Below, in pieces: positions 56,313 to 64,000 of a stretch of 64,000 nt of DNA. A program made the position numbers and the translations under genes. Numbering within the stretch: position 1 is the first letter of the stretch; every line of letters starts with the position of its first letter. The DNA comes from an uncultured Opitutia bacterium (GTDB lineage: Bacteria; Verrucomicrobiota; Verrucomicrobiia; Opitutales; Opitutaceae), in assembly GCA_903896015.1 (NCBI GenBank), contig CAITWF010000098.1:1-64000 (forward strand), read 5' to 3'. The notes beneath the pieces are model-generated. The model did not search any database, was not told where the DNA came from, and saw only the letters and a list, made by a program, of their open reading frames with translations.

Positions 56313-56345
56313 CTATCGGCACACCCGCGCCGGAAATTAAAGAAA
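56313..56345 (-). promoter_or_regulatory. Sigma28 (FliA)-like promoter: -10 GCCGATAG with TAAT 15 nt upstream, about 25 nt before the cheA start
   Basis: Minus strand reads TTTAATTTCCGGCGCGGGTGT-GCCGATAG-ACACGAGG...ATG. Consensus is TAAA-N15-GCCGATAA. Confidence 0.4.
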
Positions 56346-56543
56346 CTTCCGTCGGCGCCGTCCGCGGCTGCCAGCTACGTAGTGGGGCGATCGCCGGGAA
56401 CTCCTGCCCCCCGACGACCTTCATTTTGAGTGTCTCCCTCCGTTGCGCCGGGTTCGCCGCTCCCGCGATGTCGAACCAGTCACCACCAAAACCGGACACC
56501 CGTCCGTGGCGGTCAAGCAACTCTCATCCACACAAAACCCATA

Positions 56544-58133
56544 ATGTATCAGCTCACCATTGGAAAAAAAATCTCCGCCGGATTCGTCGCCGTGCTGCTC
56601 GTCGTCGCCGGCCTCGGCGTCTTCGCCGCGTTCCAACTTCGCGCCATCAAACGCACGACAAATTATATGACGACCGATCCCTGGCCCGGCACGGTCGCGA
56701 TTTACGAGATCGGCACCCATACCAAGGCCAACTTCGGCTTCGCTCTCAGTCTCATCGTAGCCGAGGCCGACCAGCGACCGAAAATCGTCGAGACGCTCAC
56801 GGCCAATCGCACAGCGATCGACAAGCTCGTCGCCGACTATGAAGGCACCATCACGATGCCGGAGGACCGAGCGATGTTCGACCAGTTTAAGGCGGATCGC
56901 GCCGGTTTCGTCGATGCGTTCACCCAAATCCGCACTCTCGTCGAAGCGGGCAAGACGACCGAGGCCGGCCGGATCGCGCAGCTCCAACTCCTGCCCGCCG
57001 CCCAAAAGCTCGACGCCATCCTCGACAAGCTCATCGCCTTTAACCGTGCCAACGCCGAGCGCGCTCTCGCGGACATCGCGGTCAGTGTGGGCCACGGCAA
57101 TACGGGCGTCCTCGTTGGTGTCACGCTCGCCCTCGCGGTTTCGGCCGTGATCACGTTCGTGCTCGTCCGCTCGCTCACACACGTGCTCATGACGCTCAGC
57201 CGGACACTCAATGAGGGCTCGACCCAAGTCGCCGCGGCCGCCGGCCAGGTTTCCGCTGCAAGCCAGTCGCTCGCGGAAGGCTCAAGTGAGCAGGCCGCCA
57301 GCCTTGAGGAAACCAGCGCCTCGCTCGAAGAAATGTCCTCGATGACCAAGCGCAACAGCGAGTCAGCCCATCAGGCCAAGAACTTCTCCACCGAGACGCG
57401 CCTCGCCGCCGAATCCGGCGCCGCGCAGGTCGAGGCCATGCACCGCGCGATGGACGCCATCAAGGCCTCCTCCGCCGAAATCGCAAAGATCAATAAGACG
57501 ATCGACGAGATCGCGTTTCAGACCAACATCCTCGCCCTCAACGCCGCGGTCGAAGCCGCCCGCGCCGGCGAGGCCGGCATGGGCTTCGCCGTCGTCGCTG
57601 AGGAAGTCCGCGCCCTCGCCCAGCGCTGTTCCAGCGCCGCCCGGGAAACTGCCGCCAAGATCGAGGACGCTATCCAAAAAAGTCAGCACGGCGTCGTGAT
57701 CTCCAGTCAGGTCGCCACCGTGCTTACCGACATCGTGAGCAAAGCGCGGCAGGTCGACACCTTCGTCGGCGAGATTGCCACGGCGTCATCCGAACAGAGC
57801 CAGGGCATCGCCCAAGTAAACAGCGCCGTCAGCGAGATGGACAAAGTCACGCAAGCCACCGCGAGCAACGCCGAGGAAACCGCCGCCGCCGCCGAGGAAC
57901 TCAACGCGCAAGCCGCCGTCCTCCAGGATGCCGTGAACGATCTCCGCCGCATGATCGAAGGCGGGCAGGACCAGCGTCCGGTCGCGCCAACGACTCTGCG
58001 GGCGCACGCCAAGCCTACGCCCCACCGCGCGATCACCGTCCGCTCCTCAGCGCCCCACTCGACGGCAACGGCGCTCCCGAAAGCGCTGAAAGTCCGCACG
58101 CAGCAGCCGGACATCCAATTCACCGATTTCTAA
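56544..58133 (+). CDS. Methyl-accepting chemotaxis protein (4HB-type periplasmic domain, no HAMP recognised by eye)
   Basis: Two TM helices flanking a ~190-aa periplasmic helical domain. Conserved MA signalling hairpin ([40 protein letters not shown]). Start trimmed to MYQLTIG. Confidence 0.9.
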   Translation: MYQLTIGKKISAGFVAVLLVVAGLGVFAAFQLRAIKRTTNYMTTDPWPGTVAIYEIGTHTKANFGFALSLIVAEADQRPKIVETLTANRTAIDKLVADYEGTITMPEDRAMFDQFKADRAGFVDAFTQIRTLVEAGKTTEAGRIAQLQLLPAAQKLDAILDKLIAFNRANAERALADIAVSVGHGNTGVLVGVTLALAVSAVITFVLVRSLTHVLMTLSRTLNEGSTQVAAAAGQVSAASQSLAEGSSEQAASLEETSASLEEMSSMTKRNSESAHQAKNFSTETRLAAESGAAQVEAMHRAMDAIKASSAEIAKINKTIDEIAFQTNILALNAAVEAARAGEAGMGFAVVAEEVRALAQRCSSAARETAAKIEDAIQKSQHGVVISSQVATVLTDIVSKARQVDTFVGEIATASSEQSQGIAQVNSAVSEMDKVTQATASNAEETAAAAEELNAQAAVLQDAVNDLRRMIEGGQDQRPVAPTTLRAHAKPTPHRAITVRSSAPHSTATALPKALKVRTQQPDIQFTDF

Positions 58134-58239
58134 ACCACCCGGCGGAAGCTCGCCGACGCTTTTCACTCAATTTTCTGCGCCTGCGGTCGAAATAGAGGAC
58201 GCGTCTTAGCCAAAATTTTTCTGCCAACGCTCTCAAACC

Positions 58240-58746
58240 ATGTCCACCGCCACCGCACCGACCGCCACCTCCGCGACCTCCGCGCTCGCCGGCAAATACC
58301 TCACCGTCGTCCTCGACAACGAAGCCTACGGCATCGCCGTCCTCAAGGTCCGCGAAATCATCCGCCTCCAGAAAATCACGCCCGTCCCGCAGATGCCGAC
58401 GTTCGTGAAGGGCGTAATCAACCTCCGCGGCCGCGTCATCCCGATCATCGATCTGCGCGTGAAGTTCGGACTCAAGGCTGAGTTCGCCGAGCGCACGTGC
58501 ACTGTCGTCGTGCAGGTGAAACTGCCGAACGATCAAAACGTGCAGATGGGCCTCATCGTCGATTCCGTTGAGGAAGTCGTCACACTCAACGCCTCCGAAA
58601 TCGAGCCCACGCCCGACTTCGGCGCCCGCATCGACACGACCTACCTTCTCGGCATGGCCAAGGTAAAAGGCCAGGTGAAGACGCTGCTCGACATCGATCG
58701 CGTCGTCGCCCCCGAGACGGTCAGCGCTCTCGTGCAGACCGCGTAA
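58240..58746 (+). CDS. cheW: CheW coupling protein
   Basis: 168 aa; CheW-like domain (KYLTVVLDNEAYGIAVLKVREI...GVINLRGRVIPIIDLR). Confidence 0.9.
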   Translation: MSTATAPTATSATSALAGKYLTVVLDNEAYGIAVLKVREIIRLQKITPVPQMPTFVKGVINLRGRVIPIIDLRVKFGLKAEFAERTCTVVVQVKLPNDQNVQMGLIVDSVEEVVTLNASEIEPTPDFGARIDTTYLLGMAKVKGQVKTLLDIDRVVAPETVSALVQTA

Positions 58747-58782
58747 CGCGTCGCACAAAAAAATTCCCGGCAACAAGCGGCT

Positions 58783-58818
58783 CGGCCCGCGGACTCGTTC
58801 CGCACCGGGCCGTTTTGT
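58783..58818. terminator. Hairpin terminator shared by convergent cheW (+) and the hybrid kinase gene (-)
   Basis: CGGCCCGCGGA-CTCGT-TCCGCACCGGGCCG followed by TTTTGTT on the plus strand. Abuts the kinase stop codon on the minus side; an A-run/T-run (AAAAAAA) lies on the cheW side. Confidence 0.6.
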
Positions 58819-61064
58819 TATCGTGCGTGCACGTCGGTTAGGCGCGCTATGGCGGCGCGAAATTCGCCGATCGAAAACGGCTTGGCGAGGCACGCCAGGC
58901 TGTGATCGCGCAAGAAGGCCTGAAACGAGTCGCTGACCACGTCGCCCGTCATGAACAGCACATGCTCCGCCGCTGCGGGATCGGTCGCGCATAGGTGCTC
59001 GTAGAGCCGCACGCCGTTTAAGCCCGGCATTTTCCAGTCCGAGACAATCGCGTCGAATTTTCTCGTCGCCAGCAATGCGAGCGCCGCTTCGCCTCCCTGC
59101 GCTGTCTCCACGGTGTAACCTTCGCGCCGCAGCATCACCGCCGCCAATTCCAAAATCCACGGCTCGTCGTCGACCACGAGCACCAACTTGCCGGCTCCCG
59201 CCGACGCAAACACCTGGGCTGGGTCGGACCGAAAGACTTCGGGCACAGTCGACCGGGCGACTGGCAGATCAATGCGGAACGTCGCGCCGCGCCCGAACTC
59301 GCTCTGCGCAGTGATGTTGCCGCCGTGTTCCTGAATCATGCCGTAGACGAGGCTCAGCCCTAGGCCGGTGCCCTTGCCCACGGGCTTCGTGGTGAAAAAC
59401 GGATCGAAGATGCGGGCGAGATGCTCCGGCCGGATCCCCGGACCGTTGTCTTCAAACTCGATCACGACCTGCGTCGGCGTCGCGCGCGTGCGCACAATGA
59501 TCTTCCCCTCGCGCTGCACCGGCTCGATCGCCTGCCGCGCGTTGCTAAGGATGTTGACGAAGACCTGCTCGAGCTGGTGCGGATCGGCCAGCGTCGGGGG
59601 CAGCAGCGGCGTCAGGTCGCGCACGATCGTGATGTTGCTCGTGCGCAGATCGTAGGCCATGAGTTCGAGCACGGATTCGGCCAGTGAATTGATCTCCGTG
59701 AGCTTGCGCTCCGGCGGATGCTGGCGGGCGAAGCTAAGGAGACTGCTCACGACTTTGTGGCACCGCTGGGAGCTCCTCACGATGATGTCGAGGTGCCCGC
59801 GCACCCTTTCATCGGTGATGGTCTCTTTGAGCACCTCGGAAAAACCGACGACCGCGGTCAAGGGATTGTTCAGCTCATGCGCGACACCGGCGACAAACTG
59901 GCCGACCGCGGAGAGTTTCTCACTCTGGATAAGCTGCGACTGGGTCGCTTTCAGGGTCTGCATCGCACGCTCCAGTTCCGCCCGTGAAGTCCGGAGGCTG
60001 GCCGTCATCCGGTTGAATTCCTGCGCGAGATCGCCGACCTCGTCGTCAGAATATTTTTCGATGCGCTGCGAGAAATCGCCGCGACCCACTGCGGCCGCGC
60101 TGTCGCGCAAAGCCACGAGCGGACGCGTCACGCGCCGAACGAGCCAACCCACCGCCAGCGCGCTAACCAGAATGCCCGCGACGCCCAAGGCGAGAAGGGT
60201 CCGACGCGTCTCTTCCAACGCGCGCAGCCGCGGCTCAAAGGATGAGAGCAGGACGTAGCGAAACCCCAGCGGCCCGAGTTTGCCACCATAGTGGCCGCCC
60301 AAGGCCAGATAGTGATCGCCCCCTGCCTCCGCCTCCATACTGCGGGCATCGCCCGCGCGAGACGCCGCAGCGGTAAATTGCCGCAATACGCTTTCTCCGC
60401 GATCGGCGGTGTCGAAACTGGAGGCAACAATCCGATCCCCCAGGAGCAGCAGCATTTCGGTCCCCGGCAGATGGAGTTCGCGAAACGCTTCCGCCCCCAG
60501 TCGCACGCCGACGGTGAGCGCGCCCGCCGGCGCGCCCTGCGCATCGTCGACCGGCACGGCCACCACCGTGTAGATGTTCCCGTCCAGCCCGAGGCTGCCT
60601 GCTGCCGGCTCGCCACGCAGCGCCACCCGTGTGAGCGCCGCGGACGCCCGAGCAAACTCAGCCGGGAGCGGCGCGGGCTCCCGCCGCTCGCCCGCGACGA
60701 CACCGTCCGCGCGCGTGGAAAACAAGAATAGTTCATGCTCGCCCGGCGAATCCGCAGCGAGGTCGTGCAGCAGTCGCGCCATCGTCTTCGCATCCGGCTC
60801 GGGCAACCCGGCCACCACGCGAAAGCGCGCCTCGCCTGCCAGCCCGCGGTAACGCAGCAAGAAATTGTCCGCCCGCGCATCGAGCGACTTGCGAAACACC
60901 GCCTCCGCCGTCACGAGCGTCTGGCGCGCCTCCTCGCGCATCTGCACGTCGAGCCGCGCGTCCACGACCGACATCGTCGCCGCCGGCATGAGGGCCAGAA
61001 AGGTCAGCACCACGAGCAGCACTTTCGCCTGCACACTGAGCCGCCGGAAAATCCCCGTGATCAT
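58818..61064 (-). CDS. Hybrid sensor histidine kinase (periplasmic sensor domain - HAMP - HisKA - HATPase - C-terminal receiver)
   Basis: TM1, ~260-aa periplasmic domain, TM2, HAMP, H-box ([14 protein letters not shown]), N/G boxes, receiver (LVLVVDDEP...[10 protein letters not shown]...K). Confidence 0.88.
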   Translation of the reverse strand: MITGIFRRLSVQAKVLLVVLTFLALMPAATMSVVDARLDVQMREEARQTLVTAEAVFRKSLDARADNFLLRYRGLAGEARFRVVAGLPEPDAKTMARLLHDLAADSPGEHELFLFSTRADGVVAGERREPAPLPAEFARASAALTRVALRGEPAAGSLGLDGNIYTVVAVPVDDAQGAPAGALTVGVRLGAEAFRELHLPGTEMLLLLGDRIVASSFDTADRGESVLRQFTAAASRAGDARSMEAEAGGDHYLALGGHYGGKLGPLGFRYVLLSSFEPRLRALEETRRTLLALGVAGILVSALAVGWLVRRVTRPLVALRDSAAAVGRGDFSQRIEKYSDDEVGDLAQEFNRMTASLRTSRAELERAMQTLKATQSQLIQSEKLSAVGQFVAGVAHELNNPLTAVVGFSEVLKETITDERVRGHLDIIVRSSQRCHKVVSSLLSFARQHPPERKLTEINSLAESVLELMAYDLRTSNITIVRDLTPLLPPTLADPHQLEQVFVNILSNARQAIEPVQREGKIIVRTRATPTQVVIEFEDNGPGIRPEHLARIFDPFFTTKPVGKGTGLGLSLVYGMIQEHGGNITAQSEFGRGATFRIDLPVARSTVPEVFRSDPAQVFASAGAGKLVLVVDDEPWILELAAVMLRREGYTVETAQGGEAALALLATRKFDAIVSDWKMPGLNGVRLYEHLCATDPAAAEHVLFMTGDVVSDSFQAFLRDHSLACLAKPFSIGEFRAAIARLTDVHAR

Positions 61065-61068
61065 GCGC

Positions 61069-61755
61069 TCAAGGTTTTGGCAACTCGGCCACGCCGAGCA
61101 TAAAATCCACGGTCACGTCACCTTCCGCGGGCACCACGACCTCCCGCACGGAAGGCGGCACGCGCTCGTGCCACGCCTTCAGCCGATAGCGGCCTGGCGG
61201 CACGTTTTTGATCACGAAGCGGTGCCGCCCGTCGACCATCGCGAAATACGGATTGGGTAGCACGAGGATGATGCAGTGCATGTTCGTGTGGATCGCGCAA
61301 AAGATGTCCACGCGCCCGAGCCGATCGAAGCGCACCTCGGGGACTTTTTCCCTTTTGTAGAAGCCTAGGTTAAAGTCCTGCGTTTCCGTCATCGAAAACA
61401 CGTTGTGAAAGATGTCGTCCTCGTTGGGCCATCGCACCGTCGTGCCGACCACGACCGGCAGCACATGCGGCTCAAACGTCGCATCGCGTTGCACGACCCT
61501 CAGCGGCGCGGCCTCCGCGAGCGGCGCGACTAGCGAGTCGATGTAGACCACGAAATCCGTCAGCCGATCGTAATCGAGTTTCTCGACAAACTTGTAGCGG
61601 CGGCTTCCGTAGGAACCCTCCGCCGTCCCACCCGGCGGCGGCTCAGGCGGAGCCGCCTGCACCGTGCCCGTGATCGTGCCGGCCTGCAGGGCGGCGGCCA
61701 ACACGCTGAATAAAAACGCAAGCAGCGGGCGACGGAGCGAATTCGATTCAAGCAT
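61069..61755 (-). CDS. Periplasmic cupredoxin-like protein with possible type-1 copper site plus C-terminal prealbumin/CarboxypepD_reg-like fold (228 aa from MLESNS)
   Basis: Signal peptide; cupredoxin_1-like VVGTTVRWPNEDDIFHNV; candidate Cu ligands H(FHNV)...C-x2-H-x2-M (FCAIHTNMHC). Start trimmed from the 308-aa ORF. Ends 5 nt before the kinase start. Confidence 0.55.
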   Translation of the reverse strand: MLESNSLRRPLLAFLFSVLAAALQAGTITGTVQAAPPEPPPGGTAEGSYGSRRYKFVEKLDYDRLTDFVVYIDSLVAPLAEAAPLRVVQRDATFEPHVLPVVVGTTVRWPNEDDIFHNVFSMTETQDFNLGFYKREKVPEVRFDRLGRVDIFCAIHTNMHCIILVLPNPYFAMVDGRHRFVIKNVPPGRYRLKAWHERVPPSVREVVVPAEGDVTVDFMLGVAELPKP

Positions 61756-61760
61756 GGCGT

Positions 61761-63101
61761 TCAAAATTTCATCGCGGCCTCGGCGCCGAAGAAGTCCTCG
61801 GCGTCGCGTCGCGCGCCCGTTGTCAGCCGGCCGCTTTCCCACGTATATTCCACCTTCAGCACCAGCGGCGGTCCCAACCGGTAGCCGAAGCCCAGACTGA
61901 AGCGGCGCAACTGAGTCGTCGGCGCCGAGGCAAAGACGTAGCGTCCGAAATTTCCCCAGCCGACGAGCGGGTAGCCGCCGGGCGCGTTGATCCACGAGTA
62001 GCGCGCCGCGCCGAAAATTTCTAGCGTGAACGACTGCACGAGCTCGATCGCCCCGTAACGGAGAGTCCGCGCGTTGTCCGCCGCGCGATCGTTGTCGTCA
62101 AAACGGGCCAGACCCGCCGACACGCCAAACCGCCCCGTCTTCCAGCGGGCCATCGCATCAGCTTGGGCAAGGCTCGCCCAAAACGTGGTCGTCGTCTTGT
62201 CACTGCCGAGTGCGCGGAAAAATCCATTGCCGAACCAAAGGCTCGAGAAGCCGTCGCCCGGCACGGTCGCGGTGTTCACGCGCAAGTCGCCCGTGCGCAT
62301 CCCGCTCGCGCTCAGATGCAGCCACGGTTGCGGTTCCCAGCCCAGCCGGGCGGCGACCGACTTGTCCGCCGTGAAATCCTGCAACGGGTTAATTCCGCCA
62401 TTCTGCACCCCCAGGACATACGACCACGCCCCCATCGATCCGTAGGCCTCGATTCCGGGATCAATCCCCCACGGATCGGCCAGCGAATGGGAAATCAGCG
62501 GGTTCGCCAGCGGCCCGCGCGCGAGATACTCCTCGCCAAACGGCGCGTTGATCTGCCCGGCACGCACATTGATCGCCCGCGGCGCACCGCCCAGGCGGCC
62601 GGACACGTTTTCAAAGTCCACGTAGAGTTCACCGAGCGCAAAGGCTGTCGCATCCTCGCGCGTCACCAGATCGATTTCGCCGAAGAAATACGTGTCCTTG
62701 ATCACCGGGGCCTCGACGAAGATTTTTGCGTCGTCCACGCGAAACTGCGCCTTGGGAAACGCTCCCGCCCGGCCCGTTTTTAAAAAAGCGAGCCCCACCT
62801 CGCCGGACAAACGCACTTCCCGGTCACCACGCGCCGGTGCCAACGCCACCGCCGGCTCCGCGGCCGCCGCCCGCAACTCCCGCAGCGCCTGCTCCTGCCG
62901 CGCGCCGCCCGTGCGCAGCTCCGCAAGTTGCGCCGCCAAGCTCTCGAGCGAAGCCTGTTGCGCCCGCAGCTGTCGCTGAAGCCCCGCGTTCTCTTCGGCC
63001 AGCGCGCGCAAACGCGCGTCGATCGAATCGTCCGCCCGCGCCAAACGCGTCACGCACAACCCGAAAATCAAAACCAACGAAAGCCCCGGACTAATATTCA
63101 C
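61761..63101 (-). CDS. Outer-membrane beta-barrel porin-like protein with N-terminal coiled coil (446 aa, GTG start)
   Basis: Signal peptide, Gln/Leu/Ala coiled coil (~60 aa), then alternating amphipathic beta-strand pattern ending in a C-terminal Phe (…AAMKF). Overlaps the cupredoxin gene start. Confidence 0.55.
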   Translation of the reverse strand: MNISPGLSLVLIFGLCVTRLARADDSIDARLRALAEENAGLQRQLRAQQASLESLAAQLAELRTGGARQEQALRELRAAAAEPAVALAPARGDREVRLSGEVGLAFLKTGRAGAFPKAQFRVDDAKIFVEAPVIKDTYFFGEIDLVTREDATAFALGELYVDFENVSGRLGGAPRAINVRAGQINAPFGEEYLARGPLANPLISHSLADPWGIDPGIEAYGSMGAWSYVLGVQNGGINPLQDFTADKSVAARLGWEPQPWLHLSASGMRTGDLRVNTATVPGDGFSSLWFGNGFFRALGSDKTTTTFWASLAQADAMARWKTGRFGVSAGLARFDDNDRAADNARTLRYGAIELVQSFTLEIFGAARYSWINAPGGYPLVGWGNFGRYVFASAPTTQLRRFSLGFGYRLGPPLVLKVEYTWESGRLTTGARRDAEDFFGAEAAMKF

Positions 63102-63167
63102 GCAGTGAGGCGCAAGGGATGCCGTCCTCCCCTCCCTCCTCGCAAATACCGAACCGTGACAAAACTG

Positions 63168-64000
<833 letters not shown>

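Noticed and set aside
56284-56520. Longer CheA start at 56520
   Set aside because: It would leave 23 nt to the divergent MCP gene and would run through the sigma28-like promoter. The added residues show no domain. I chose the ATG at 56283.

Overview
High-GC (~68%) bacterial chromosome segment. L-ring and P-ring genes (flgH, flgI) imply a diderm organism. Almost all genes are on the minus strand. Shine-Dalgarno motifs are mostly absent and GTG starts are frequent.

Three blocks are present.
(1) 300-14,400: a potassium-uptake island. It holds a kdpF-kdpA-kdpB-kdpC operon, two unexpected small membrane ORFs, then kdpD-kdpE. Next to it are a KimA-family K+/H+ symporter, a large flotillin-like SPFH protein, and a stand-alone receiver protein.
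(2) 14,457-46,445: an essentially complete flagellar regulon in two long minus-strand transcription units. Gene order mirrors the Bacillus subtilis fla/che operon (flgB-flgC-fliE-fliF-fliG-fliH-fliI-fliJ-ylxF-like-fliK-flgD-flgE-fliL-fliM-fliN-fliO-fliP-fliQ-fliR | flhB-flhA-flhF-fliA-motA-motB), followed by flgF-flgG-flgA-flgH-flgI-flgJ(rod-binding domain only)-flgN-flgK-flgL-fliW-csrA-fliC.
(3) 46,660-58,750: a chemotaxis cluster (cheR, cheB, a receiver fused to HD-GYP, cheD, cheA-HDOD-DUF2164, one MCP, cheW). An exported heparinase II/III-like protein sits inside it.

The window ends with an outer-membrane porin / cupredoxin-like periplasmic protein / hybrid histidine kinase operon and the 3' part of ligA. 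I found no rRNA, tRNA, CRISPR array or mobile element.

The main points for follow-up are sigma54-type -24/-12 elements immediately upstream of flgB and flhB, an intrinsic terminator splitting the fla operon between fliR and flhB, a sigma28-like promoter upstream of cheA, several small translationally coupled ORFs inside the flagellar and kdp operons, and the porin-cupredoxin-kinase module. All functional calls rest on motifs and synteny read by eye; no database search was possible.
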